Source: Candidatus Calditenuaceae archaeon HR02
Lineage (GTDB): Archaea > Thermoproteota > Nitrososphaeria_A > Caldarchaeales > Calditenuaceae
DNA: 64,000 nt
Direction: 5' to 3'
NCBI GenBank assembly: GCA_002898395.1
Contig: BEHE01000011.1
Span: 14,276 to 78,275, forward strand
Positions 30,753 to 40,751 of the stretch are shown here, piece after piece (position 1 is the stretch's first letter; each line of letters starts with the position of its first letter). A program made the position numbers and the translations under genes. The notes under the pieces are model-generated. The model was not told the origin of the DNA and did not search any database. It saw only the letters and a program-made list of their open reading frames with translations.

Positions 30753-32024
30753 GTGGACGGCTTTCAGTTGAAGGAGAGGGGTGACCCTCTGGGCGACCTG
30801 CTGGCTAGGGTTTCTACAACGTCGCGCATATTCAAGGACAGAGAGGTTCTGCGAGCAGACTACATTCCTGGAAACCTTCCGCACAGGTGGGAGCATATCA
30901 AGAGGCTGGGTGAGATCGTCTCAACAGGTCTCAAGATGCATAGGCCGAGTAACGTCTTCATATACGGCAAAACAGGGACGGGAAAGACCGCTGTTGTCAA
31001 GCATGTCTTCAAGAGGTTCTCTGCGGAGGCCGAGAAGCTCGGCATACCGCTCCGCTTCGTCTACATCAACTGCAGGATCGCTGGGACAGAGTATAGAGTC
31101 TTGGCCGAGCTCTGCGAATCCCTCGGGATCCAAGTCCCATTCACAGGCCTCTCGAAGAGCGAAGTCTTCAACAGGTTCCGAAGAGCTCACGTGTCTTCGC
31201 AGAACCTCCTGATAGTCTGTTTGGATGAGATTGATATCTTGGTCAAAGGGTTTGGGGACGCCTTGCTATACGAGCTGACAAGGATTAATGAGGGTGTTGA
31301 GGGAGGCAAGCTCTCTCTCATTGGGGTGTCGAACGACCTCATGTTTAAGGAGATGCTAGACCCGAGGGTCTTAAGCAGTCTGAGCGAGGAGGAGATCGTC
31401 TTCCACCCATACACTGCCGTCGAGCTCGTCGACATTCTGAGCGAGAGGGCTAGACTCGCCTTTCACGAGGGCGCTGTCCCTCAATCGACTATAAACCTCT
31501 GTGCAGCGCTCGCTGCTGCTGAGCACGGCGATGCTAGGAGAGCGCTCGACCTCTTGAGGGTGGCTGGAGAGATCGCTGAGAGGAATATGGCTGAGAGTGT
31601 TGAGGAGCAGCATGTTCGTATGGCGATTGGCGTGATTGAACAGGGTCGCGTTTTCGAGGCCCTAACAACGCTCCCGCTCCACGGCAGGATTGTTCTACTT
31701 GCAGTCTACCAAGCGACACTCCGCTCACCAAGCAAAATAACCTCAGGTCTGGTCTACCAGTATTACCGCTCGCTCTGCAACCAGCTCGGCCTCGAACCAC
31801 TCACCGATAGGAGGGTCAGCACCCTAATCTCGGAGCTAGACATGCTCGGAGTCCTCTCGAGCAGCGTCATAAGCTATGGGAGGTACGGGCGGACCAGGAA
31901 GATATCCTTGAAGATCCCCGTGGACGAGGTCAGGCAGGCTCTGGAGCGCGACGAGTTTCTTTCCCACCTCATGGACCAGGAAGTGGCTCAGGCGGGTAGC
32001 GTGGAGAGTGAGCGAGGTAGCTAG
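30753..32024 (+). CDS. cdc6: Orc1/Cdc6 replication initiator
   Basis: YGKTGTGKT, YINC, LDEID, LDPRVLSSL, HGDARRALDLLR, wHTH GRYGRTR. Confidence 0.96.
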   Translation: MDGFQLKERGDPLGDLLARVSTTSRIFKDREVLRADYIPGNLPHRWEHIKRLGEIVSTGLKMHRPSNVFIYGKTGTGKTAVVKHVFKRFSAEAEKLGIPLRFVYINCRIAGTEYRVLAELCESLGIQVPFTGLSKSEVFNRFRRAHVSSQNLLIVCLDEIDILVKGFGDALLYELTRINEGVEGGKLSLIGVSNDLMFKEMLDPRVLSSLSEEEIVFHPYTAVELVDILSERARLAFHEGAVPQSTINLCAALAAAEHGDARRALDLLRVAGEIAERNMAESVEEQHVRMAIGVIEQGRVFEALTTLPLHGRIVLLAVYQATLRSPSKITSGLVYQYYRSLCNQLGLEPLTDRRVSTLISELDMLGVLSSSVISYGRYGRTRKISLKIPVDEVRQALERDEFLSHLMDQEVAQAGSVESERGS

Positions 32025-33444
32025 GAGGCTTGCAGTCAAGGCGATCGAGCATGGCTATCAGCTCTCAGCCGAGGCTCTAGACAGGCTCCTCAGGGATGAG
32101 AATCCCTTAGGCCTTCTTGACGAGCTCCTTGCCTGGCTTGAGGCTAGGGGCACCAGCCAAGTAATAATTGACAGGCCCACGCTCGAGGTTTTCCTAGCGA
32201 GCAGAGTGGCTCGGGCCGGAGCCCCTGAAGAGGAGCAGCCCTTAGAGATCGTCCTCGAGTCGCCTACCTACGAGGACTTGTCGATAGAGGGTGTGTCGGA
32301 GGAGCAGCGAATCTATCTACTCTCTAGATTCCAGTCCATTCGGCGGGTATTCGAGGAGCGGGGCCTAGGACTCAGGCCGGCCAAGGAGCTGATGAGGGAG
32401 GAGGGTGAGGGCTATGTTGTTGGAATGGTCTTGAGCATCGTGCGCCGAGATACGCATTTTCTAGTCGAGATGGAGGACCCTGTGGATACTTGGAGCCTAA
32501 TAGCTCCCACACGCGACAGGGCCCTGGCAGCGAAGATGGAGTATATTCTGCAGGACATGGTCGTCGTCTTCCGTGCAAGGTCGAGGAGGGGACTATTGGT
32601 GGCGAGCGACGTCTACCTACCAGACACAGCGGGGAAGAAGCAGACATGGAGAGGCCCTGATAAGAACATATGCATAGTTTCAGACATCCACATAGGGAGT
32701 GAGAGACACGCGTCAGAGAGGTTCAGAAGCTTTCTCGACTGGGTCAGCAGTCCTGAGAACGAGGCCGAGAAGATAACTCTCCTAATAGTCAATGGAGACC
32801 TGGTCGACGGCGTGTATGTGTATCCTGGTCAGGAGTCCGAGCTCAGCCTTAAGTCGTATGCCGAGCAGTTCGCCGCCGCGGCTAAAGCCCTCTCAAGAAT
32901 CCCGGCGCAGGTCAAGGTCGTCTATGTGCCAGGGAACCACGAGCCCTGTAGGAGGGCGCTCCCCCAGCCGCCAGTTCAGATCAGGTATCGGCAGCTTCTC
33001 GGAGGCGGTGGCAGGATAGTCTACGCAGGCAACCCAGCGTGGATTAGGGTCGGGGGCCTAAAGATACTTGCATTCCACGGCCAGACGCTCGACGACGTGA
33101 TACAGGCTGGGACGCTCTTCAGCTACTCGACACTCCGCGAGAGGTCCAGTGAGATGATGGAGCTGCTCCTTAAGGCCAGACACTTGGCACCCACATTGGG
33201 CCTCTCCACACCCATACTACCCACGAGGACCGACTACCTCGCGGTACCCGAGCAGCCCGACATCCTCTGCCTAGGCCACACCCACGTAGCAGCCTACACA
33301 ACCTATAAGGGAACACAGCTGGTAAACAGCGGCTCATGGCAGGAGCAAACAAAGCTCCAAGAAAGCATAGGTCTTGAACCAACGGTCGGAACAGCGGTCC
33401 TACTAAACCTCAAATCCCTGTCAATACGCTTCCTATCCTTCTAG
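32008..33444 (+). CDS. DNA polymerase D small (proofreading) subunit DP1
   Basis: SDIHIGS, GDLVDGVYVYPGQ, PGNHE, FHG, RHLAPT, GHTH, NSGSWQEQT. Confidence 0.92.
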   Translation: MSEVARRLAVKAIEHGYQLSAEALDRLLRDENPLGLLDELLAWLEARGTSQVIIDRPTLEVFLASRVARAGAPEEEQPLEIVLESPTYEDLSIEGVSEEQRIYLLSRFQSIRRVFEERGLGLRPAKELMREEGEGYVVGMVLSIVRRDTHFLVEMEDPVDTWSLIAPTRDRALAAKMEYILQDMVVVFRARSRRGLLVASDVYLPDTAGKKQTWRGPDKNICIVSDIHIGSERHASERFRSFLDWVSSPENEAEKITLLIVNGDLVDGVYVYPGQESELSLKSYAEQFAAAAKALSRIPAQVKVVYVPGNHEPCRRALPQPPVQIRYRQLLGGGGRIVYAGNPAWIRVGGLKILAFHGQTLDDVIQAGTLFSYSTLRERSSEMMELLLKARHLAPTLGLSTPILPTRTDYLAVPEQPDILCLGHTHVAAYTTYKGTQLVNSGSWQEQTKLQESIGLEPTVGTAVLLNLKSLSIRFLSF

Positions 33445-33464
33445 ACCGGCCGGGTGGTCTGGGG

Positions 33465-35447
33465 TTGGCGGATTCTTGCAGGCACTATATCAATCTTCCG
33501 CCATTAAAGCTGCATAGAATTATTATTAGAGTTAGAGTTCTGACTTGTCCTGAAGACGGTTTGAGGGGTTCTGATGAAGGGAGATTTAAACGGGAGGTAG
33601 GCTGGTTTAGCGCTTTTTCCATGGGCTTCGGCGACGTAGGTGCCGACGTATTCATAGCCCTGGGTGTCGCAATGCTCTACGCAGGCGGAGCAGCCTTCAT
33701 AGCCTTCGCAGTCACGGCCATAGCCTATGTAGCCATCAGCCTCTCATACGCCGAGCTGGCGCCAGCCTACCCCTACGCGGGAGGCGTACACATATACTCC
33801 CTCAGGGCTTGGAATACCCTTGGAAGCTTCATCGCCGGCTGGGCGATACTGCTCGACTACGTGTTGTGCCTCTCACTCTTCGCCACGGCCGCGGCCGGAT
33901 ACTTCAAGTTCTTAATCCCTCAGGTTAAGGATTTAGCCTTGCAGCTGGGACCCATCACAGTCGGAAGCCTAGGCGCCATAGCTGCTGCGATAGTCCTCCT
34001 CCTAGTCGCGATGAACTATTTTGGCATTAAGTATTCGGCAGGGGTGGTTGCCGGGATTGTTGCGTTCGGGCTTATCATCCAATCGCTCGTTATCATTTTG
34101 GGGTTCTTGACAGTCTTTGACCCGGCTAAATTCGCCTCCCAATTCCTCATGGTCGGCAACCCTGAGCCCCAGGAAGAGGTATTCTACCCCCCGGGCCTGG
34201 CCTTCTCTGAGAGCAACTTCTTATTCGGGCTGACGATAGCGATGGCGTCATACATAGGCGTAGAGTCGATAGCTCAGGCCGCTGAAGAGACGCGGAGGCC
34301 GCACCGCTGGATACCAAGGGCTACGCTGCTCTGCGCAGTCACAGTGCCGCTCTTCGTCCTGTTGTTCAGCTCGCTTGCACTGGGTGTTACAGACTGGTGG
34401 AGGATAGCCGCGGCTATCGAGAACCCCGTAGCAGCCCTAGTGAGCATGTACAAGATATTCGGCCCAGAGCTAGCCGTACTGGTCTCATTCACGGCAATAA
34501 TACTTACGACCGCCTCCTCGAATACCGGGCTTATAGGTGTCACGAGGCTGGCCGCCAGCATGGGGAGGCTCGGGCTGCTACCCCAATGGCTCTACACGAT
34601 TCACAGGCGGTACGGGACACCGACAAGGGCGATAATCTTTTTCGGCGTCATAGGGATTTTACTGACCCTCCCCGGCGACATACCTTTCCTAGCAAGTCTC
34701 TACAACTTCGGTGCCTCCCTAAGCTACATCATGCTCTTCCTTTCACTAATCATCCTCAGAAACAAGGAGCCACACGTCTATAGGCCTTGGAAGATGAAGC
34801 CAACCCTACATCTAAAGCGCAGAGACAGGGTCTACGAGATACCACTCGTCAGCCTCATAGGCCTGATAATAATCTCGGTGATATTCACGCTGTTCCTCCT
34901 CCTACACAGCCTAGGCCGTGTCTTAGGTCCTGTATGGATGGCCGCAGGGGTGGTTGGCTTCTACATCTACAGGAGGCATTTTTTGAAGCGGCCTGTGAAG
35001 AGTGTTGAGGAGCAGACCCTCGCAGTCCCCGCCGGTTACTTGATGCGCTTAACCGTCTTGGTGAGGCCGCGGGAGGACCCCAGAACAGTGGAAGAGGCGC
35101 TACGCCACTCACTCGATAAACGATTCTCACTAAAACTACTCTCGATAGTGGACCCGGAGATAGAGGATGACGTGGAAGAAGCGAGGCTAGAGGCCAAGAA
35201 GAATTTGGAGGAGGCGCGCAGGGTGCTTGCATCAAGAGGGTTTGAGGTCGAACACGAGGTGAGGGTGGGTAGCTATGACGAGGTGGTGGACTGGGAGGTT
35301 GAGAAAGGCGGCTCCGACTTCATAGTCCTGCTGGTCAGGAGGTTTGAGAAGGCCGTATTGGAGAAAGAGTCCATGCTGGACTCGAAGATACACTCGGTCT
35401 TCGCGAAGTATCCTGCAAGAGTAATGTTGCTGAGAAAGCCAACCTAG
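33465..35447 (+). CDS. APC-family amino acid permease with C-terminal USP-like domain
   Basis: SYAELA..YPYAGG, GVESIAQAAEET, about 12 TM, soluble USP-like tail; true start likely downstream. Confidence 0.85.
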   Translation: MADSCRHYINLPPLKLHRIIIRVRVLTCPEDGLRGSDEGRFKREVGWFSAFSMGFGDVGADVFIALGVAMLYAGGAAFIAFAVTAIAYVAISLSYAELAPAYPYAGGVHIYSLRAWNTLGSFIAGWAILLDYVLCLSLFATAAAGYFKFLIPQVKDLALQLGPITVGSLGAIAAAIVLLLVAMNYFGIKYSAGVVAGIVAFGLIIQSLVIILGFLTVFDPAKFASQFLMVGNPEPQEEVFYPPGLAFSESNFLFGLTIAMASYIGVESIAQAAEETRRPHRWIPRATLLCAVTVPLFVLLFSSLALGVTDWWRIAAAIENPVAALVSMYKIFGPELAVLVSFTAIILTTASSNTGLIGVTRLAASMGRLGLLPQWLYTIHRRYGTPTRAIIFFGVIGILLTLPGDIPFLASLYNFGASLSYIMLFLSLIILRNKEPHVYRPWKMKPTLHLKRRDRVYEIPLVSLIGLIIISVIFTLFLLLHSLGRVLGPVWMAAGVVGFYIYRRHFLKRPVKSVEEQTLAVPAGYLMRLTVLVRPREDPRTVEEALRHSLDKRFSLKLLSIVDPEIEDDVEEARLEAKKNLEEARRVLASRGFEVEHEVRVGSYDEVVDWEVEKGGSDFIVLLVRRFEKAVLEKESMLDSKIHSVFAKYPARVMLLRKPT

Positions 35448-35454
35448 CACATAA

Positions 35455-35751
35455 TTACTCCCACGTCTCTACGCCGTTCCTCTTATGCGTGTGAAGTATT
35501 ACGGATGTCACAGAACTCTTAACACCTTCCACGCTGGGTAGGACTTTGGAGGTGAACTTTCTCAACTCCTCAACACTCGACACGGCAATAATAGCTATGA
35601 TGTCATACTCGCCCGTCACCTCATAGACATCTAGGGTCTGAGGAAGCTTGGCAAGCCTCTCACAAACATCCTCAAGCTTCCCCGACTCGACGAAGAGGTG
35701 GAGCACCGCCTTAACACTACCAGACAACTCCATTAATTCGAGCCTTCTCAA
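35455..35751 (-). CDS. Lrp/AsnC ligand-binding domain protein
   Basis: VYEVTGEYDII, VEGVKSSVTSVIL. Confidence 0.85.
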   Translation of the reverse strand: MRRLELMELSGSVKAVLHLFVESGKLEDVCERLAKLPQTLDVYEVTGEYDIIAIIAVSSVEELRKFTSKVLPSVEGVKSSVTSVILHTHKRNGVETWE

Positions 35752-35760
35752 CCTTCCTAA

Positions 35761-36021
35761 TTAATCTGGATCCTTATATGAGATTCCTATCGACTCTACG
35801 AGCTTGCCGAGCATGTTTCCAGCACACCTCCCGAAGAAACCTCCTAAAACCTTGTCTCTAACGACTGCTGGAGGCGGAGGCTCAGCCCTCCTCCAACCCC
35901 TAGAGCGCGTCTCTATCTCGCTTAGCGATGTGGGCTCCTCGTATGGATAATCCCTCCTCATAGGCGCCGACCACAACTCTCTGAAGACAGCCTCAGCAAC
36001 TCTGAGACCCCCTTCCGCCAC
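35761..36021 (-). pseudogene. Truncated ADP-ribosylglycohydrolase-family fragment
   Basis: YPYEEPTSL..DKVLGGFFGRCAGNMLGKLVE then premature end. Confidence 0.6.
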
Positions 36022-36039
36022 CCTTCTTCTCTTCAGCCC

Positions 36040-36369
36040 TTATCTTCTTGACTTGTTTCTTTGTTTTGTGTTGCATCTAACCTGTTCTGTGTTTATGTAT
36101 TGTTGGCATTTTGAGCAGTATTTAAATCCCCGACTATATGCACCACTCCTAGCGGCTGGATATATCTTAGACTCACATTCTCAAACCTTACTCTGAGGGT
36201 GTCTGTGGAGTAGTCTTATCCTGATTGGCCTCTCCCTGTTTAATAATAGTTCTGAGGCCTCGGCAGGTCTCCTTACCTTAAGCCTGCCTGAGTCGATATC
36301 GTATTCTAGGCTCCCTGATATAGAGGCCTTCCTCGAGGGGAGTCTTGATGACAGCCCTATCACCCCCAT
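36040..36369 (-). pseudogene. Small zinc-finger protein with an in-frame TGA
   Basis: ORF 36181-36369 continues in frame past TGA as ECESKIYPAARSGAYSRGFKYCSKCQQYINTEQVRCNTKQRNKSRR*; second copy at 51998-52123. Confidence 0.6.
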
Positions 36370-36487
36370 TAATCATTCCTTCCAGTTCTGGCGCCTTAAT
36401 CTTGAGCCCCGGCCCTCCACTGTTGTATGAGGCTGAGGACTAGGCCTAGTCGTGAATGTAGGAAGAGGTGGCCTAAACGGTACATAA

Positions 36488-37078
36488 GTGTCGAGGTCGA
36501 GGGGTGGATGGGGGGGTTTGGAGAGGCACTACCTCTCGTATCCGGTTAGGGTGAGGATGTGTCGAAGGGTGCTGGAGCTCAGGGGAGAGGGTCTGAGTTA
36601 TGGGATGATTCTGGAGAGGCTTTACGAGGAGTTCAGGGTGTGGATAAACAAGAGCCTTATCAGCTATTGGTTTAGGGGAATTCATACACCCAGATGCAGG
36701 GTCAATGTAATCAAGAAGGAGGATTATTGGTTTGGGTATGTTGTCGGGAGTGTTTTATCGGATGGCAACAGAAATAGACATACTGGCAACATAGGCGTTG
36801 AAATATACACCAAGGATCGCGAGTTTACTGAGATGTGTACTAAGGCTCTGAGGAGGATAGGAGTGAGCCCATCGATAAGGTTCAAGGACGGTCGTTACAT
36901 AGTGCGCGCAAAGTCAACCGAGCTATACTATCTACTAGATAGTGGCTAGTGGCGGAAATACATAGACTCCGGCACCGAAGCTAGACTGGGATTCCTCAGG
37001 GGCTTCTTCGACGGTGATGGTGTCTATCGGGGCTACGTTGCTGGCAATATTAGCTGTTCTAGTGGTGTTGAGGCCTAG
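36488..37078 (+). pseudogene. LAGLIDADG homing endonuclease (copy A), frameshifted and truncated
   Basis: N-terminal HTH-like GLSYGMI..KSLISYW, motif 1 GYVVGSVLSDG, after frameshift motif 2 LGFLRGFFDGDG. Confidence 0.85.
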
Positions 37079-37167
37079 CATTGGATTGCTGACAGCGATT
37101 AAGGGCATGACGGCGATGAAATACTTGGCAGTATTGCTGATCCCCAAGTTAGTACAGGTGGCCTAGA

Positions 37168-38100
37168 ATGAGTGATAGGAGAGAAGAAATAATGGAGAAG
37201 AGGAGGAGGTGTCTTCCTAGAGATCTGAGGATAAAGATTTATGAGGATGTCCTGGAACTAGCAAAGAAAGGACTATCATACAGGGAGATAGTCAATGAGA
37301 TAGAGAGGAGATAGGGAGTTGTTCTCAATGAATCCCAATGTAGCTACTGGAATAGAAGAATACATTCACCATACAACGGTATAAGGACCCCGTCGATAGA
37401 GTTTCTAAAACCATCAGAGGACTTAGCATATGTTATAAGTGTGGTGGCTGGGGATGGATGTGCTTGGCGGAGAGGTAGGCCACGGCGCGGATACAGGAAA
37501 TACTGCATTGGATTAGAGGTTAAGGATAGGGAGTTTGACGAGAGTTCGGTAGGAGGATAGCTAAGGTGTTAGGAAGAGAACCGCCGAGACCAAGGCTAAA
37601 TAAATATGGTAGATGGGTCGTTGCAGTTCAGTCTAGGACTCTCTATGAATTGCTTAAGAAGCCCGTCGATATCGACAGAATAAGACCATTCGTTGAACAC
37701 TGTGAGCGATGTATCTCAATGTTTCTGAGAGGGTTCTTTGATAGCGAGGCATGCGTCTATAAAGACGGCACCATAACCGTGTATAACACCGACTATAAAC
37801 TACTAACATACGTCATATATCTCCTAGAGAAAATTAGTATAGAGACGACCCAGAAAGAGCCGAGGATTAATAAACGAGCTGGCGGACCGTTTAGAGAGCC
37901 AAAGACTGGCAAACTATACAAATCCAGAAGAGACGTCTACTACATCAGGATATGGAGGGGCTTTAATAAGAGGTTTTACGAGAAAGTTGGCTTTAACCAT
38001 TGAAAGAAAAAGGATAAGGCTAGAAGAATATCTCAGGAGAAGAGGACTAATACCAACCACCTCCCCCCTTCCTCCTACTCCATTTCCCACTTACCCATAA
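37168..38100 (+). pseudogene. LAGLIDADG homing endonuclease (copy B), with a stop and frameshifts
   Basis: GLSYREIV..*..SYW, LAYVISVVAGDG, VKDREF, MFLRGFFDSEA, YNTD, FYEKVGF; ends about 40 bp from the tRNA-Trp 3' end. Confidence 0.88.
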
Positions 38101-38138
38101 TCAAACCAACACACCCTCACTAACTAGAAACATAGCCA

Positions 38139-38245
38139 TGGGGCCGGTGGGACTTGAACCCACGGCTTCCGGGTCTCTTCTGTGCCAGCCACACGTGTTG
38201 ATGGGATCTGGAGCCCGGCGCCCTACCTTGCTAGGCCACGGCCCC
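38139..38245 (-). tRNA. tRNA-Trp(CCA) with 33-nt intron at 37/38 (38175-38207)
   Basis: GGGGCCG stem, CCGGG-CTCCAG^A-CCCGG anticodon arm, GGTTCAAGTCC. Confidence 0.9.
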
Positions 38246-38348
38246 GCCGCCTTCTTGAGAGTTGGGAAGCCACAATTAATCCTTTTTCCCGGCTGAGTGC
38301 CTTGCGGGAAACGTTAAAGCATGGTCTTGATGGTGTTTTGTCTGTCCG

Positions 38349-39245
38349 GTGTGGTGCTTCGTGAGGCTGGCTAGGTTTAGGGTTGGTGAGCTCACGACCT
38401 ACGGGTTTGTTGAGGGGGACTACATTGTTTCTAGGGAGGAGGTTGAGGAGGCAGCAGGTCTCGCGCTCCCACCCTATTTCTCGGACTTTGTTGAGAGGCT
38501 TATCGTTGAGCAGGATTTTCGAAAACTTGTGCTGGAGGCCTCGAGGAAGTCTCCGCGCGTCTTAAAGCTAAGCCAAGCCAAACTCCTCGCACCCACCGAT
38601 AATAAGCCGAAGATAATATGTATCGGGCTCAACTATAGGGACCATGCTGAGGAGTCAAGGGCTGAGGTTCCCGACGAGCCGATAATCTTCATGAAACCAC
38701 ACACGGCCCTGACTGGGCCATACGATCCCATCGAGTACCCCTCTATCGTCACACAGCTCGACTACGAGGCTGAGCTGGCCGTGGTTATTGGGAGGAAGTG
38801 CCGAGGGGTGGAACCAGGCGAGGCGCCCGACTTTATCTGTGGCTATGCCGCCTTCAACGACGTATCGGCCAGGAACCTCCAGTTCAAGGATAAGCAGTGG
38901 ACACGTGGAAAATCATTCGATACATTCGCACCCATGGGTCCGTGGATAGTCACGCGCGACGAGATACCTGACCCTCAGAACCTTAGGATAATGTCTCGCG
39001 TAAACGGGGAGACGAGACAGAACTCGAACACGAGGAACATGATCTTCGGAGTCTACTATCTGGTCTCTTTCATTAGTATGGTTATGACACTTGAGCCTGG
39101 CGACGTCATAGCGACGGGGACTCCTGCAGGGGTCGGGATATTTGCCAAGCCGGAGCCGAAGCTACTCAAGATTAATGACGTGGTCGAGGTGGAGGTTGAG
39201 AGCATAGGAGTGTTAAGGAACACTGTTGTTAAGGGTCGTGTATAA
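38349..39245 (+). CDS. Fumarylacetoacetate hydrolase-family protein
   Basis: KIICIGLNYRDHA, LDYEAEL, NDVSAR, GKSFDTF, TGTPAGVG. Confidence 0.93.
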   Translation: MWCFVRLARFRVGELTTYGFVEGDYIVSREEVEEAAGLALPPYFSDFVERLIVEQDFRKLVLEASRKSPRVLKLSQAKLLAPTDNKPKIICIGLNYRDHAEESRAEVPDEPIIFMKPHTALTGPYDPIEYPSIVTQLDYEAELAVVIGRKCRGVEPGEAPDFICGYAAFNDVSARNLQFKDKQWTRGKSFDTFAPMGPWIVTRDEIPDPQNLRIMSRVNGETRQNSNTRNMIFGVYYLVSFISMVMTLEPGDVIATGTPAGVGIFAKPEPKLLKINDVVEVEVESIGVLRNTVVKGRV

Positions 39246-39337
39246 GCCTAGTGCGGCGACAATTTTCCGCTTCATGCATCAATTTCTATACATTTGAAGA
39301 ATAAAAAATCATATTTGATGCAACAACACAAGAGTAA

Positions 39338-40726
39338 GTGGAAAACAGACATGAGAAACTCTTATTATCTCTCATGCACCATGTAGGGTGTGGTGAGTTA
39401 TTGGATCAGGTAAAGCTGGGGGAACTGGCTGTAAGATATTCGAGGCTTTATGGGGGTAAGATCGAGGTTCATCCAAAGGTCCCAGTCAGGGGGCTTCAGG
39501 ACTTCTCGATCTGGTATACGCCAGGCGTTGCTGAGGTCTGCAGGGCCATTGTGAAGGACAGGGACGAGGTCTTCAACCTGACCAATAGGTGGAACACGAT
39601 AGCCGTGTTGACCAATGGGACACGCGTTCTGGGGCTGGGGAACATTGGCCCAGAGGCAGGTCTACCGGTGATGGAGGGGAAGGCGCTGATCTTCAAGTAT
39701 CTCGGTGGTGTCGATGCGATCCCCCTTGCCGTGAGGACCGATTCGCCCGAACAGTTCATCCAAGTGGCAAAGATGTTGGAACCCTCCTTCGGGGGCCTAA
39801 ACCTCGAGGACATCCAGTCACCCGACTGCTTCTACATACTTGAGAGACTAATGTCGGATCTTGAGATTCCGGTCTGGCATGACGACCAGCTGGGAACTGC
39901 GGCCGCGACTCTTGCAGCCCTCATCAATGCGCTTAAGCTCACGGGCCGCTCGCCGAGGGAGTGCAGAGTAGTCCTACTTGGCGCTGGCGCAGCGAACATC
40001 GCCACCGCAGTCCTCCTCGAGAAGTACTGCTTCGACCCTGGGAAGATGATTCTCGTAGACAGGAATGGGATATTGCACTCTGAGAGGGAGGACATGGACT
40101 CGCTGATGCTGAAGAATCGCTGGAAGTATGAGATAGCTCTCAAGACGAATAGGGATAGGGTGAAGGGTGGGCTGAGGGAGGCCTTGGTGGGGGCGGACGT
40201 GCTCATAGCTGCGTCGACCCCTGGGCCGGGAATTGTTAAGCCCGAGGATGTGGAGTTGATGGAGAAGGACCCGATAGTCTTCGCCCTCGCAAACCCGGTA
40301 CCCGAGATATGGCCCTGGGAGGCCAAGCGGGCTGGAGCCGCCATAGTCGCGACCGGGAGGAGCGACCTCCCAAACCAAGTGAACAACAGCCTGATATTCC
40401 CCTCAGTCTTCCGAGGAGCCCTCGACTGCAGCGCCCGCCGAATCTCCTATGAGGCAATGATCCGAGGGGCGGAGGAGCTCGCGCGATGCGCAGAGGAAAA
40501 GGGCCTCTCACCCGACTACATTATCCCGACCATGGAGGAGTGGACGGTCTATCCAAGAGTGGCGGCCGCTGTTGCGCAAACCCTGTCTAGGCAGGGGCTT
40601 GCACGCCGAAAGATCAGCTATGAGGAGGAGCTTGAACGGGCTAGTAGGATAATCTCAAGGTCTAGGCGGATTCTCAGCGCACTCGTCGATTCGAGGATTG
40701 TGGAGGTTCCAGCCTCCGAGGTCTAG
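39338..40726 (+). CDS. mae: NAD(P)-dependent malic enzyme
   Basis: YTPGVAE, VMEGKA, NLEDI, HDDQLGT, GAGAA, ALANP, TGRSD.PNQVNN. Confidence 0.95.
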   Translation: MENRHEKLLLSLMHHVGCGELLDQVKLGELAVRYSRLYGGKIEVHPKVPVRGLQDFSIWYTPGVAEVCRAIVKDRDEVFNLTNRWNTIAVLTNGTRVLGLGNIGPEAGLPVMEGKALIFKYLGGVDAIPLAVRTDSPEQFIQVAKMLEPSFGGLNLEDIQSPDCFYILERLMSDLEIPVWHDDQLGTAAATLAALINALKLTGRSPRECRVVLLGAGAANIATAVLLEKYCFDPGKMILVDRNGILHSEREDMDSLMLKNRWKYEIALKTNRDRVKGGLREALVGADVLIAASTPGPGIVKPEDVELMEKDPIVFALANPVPEIWPWEAKRAGAAIVATGRSDLPNQVNNSLIFPSVFRGALDCSARRISYEAMIRGAEELARCAEEKGLSPDYIIPTMEEWTVYPRVAAAVAQTLSRQGLARRKISYEEELERASRIISRSRRILSALVDSRIVEVPASEV

Positions 40727-40751
40727 CGATAGGACCGGTTAAGGAGATATA

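Noticed and set aside
36181-36183. In-frame TGA as selenocysteine or programmed readthrough
   Set aside because: The locus has other lesions (second Cys pair shortened, neighbouring genes broken) and no SECIS is evident; decay is simpler.
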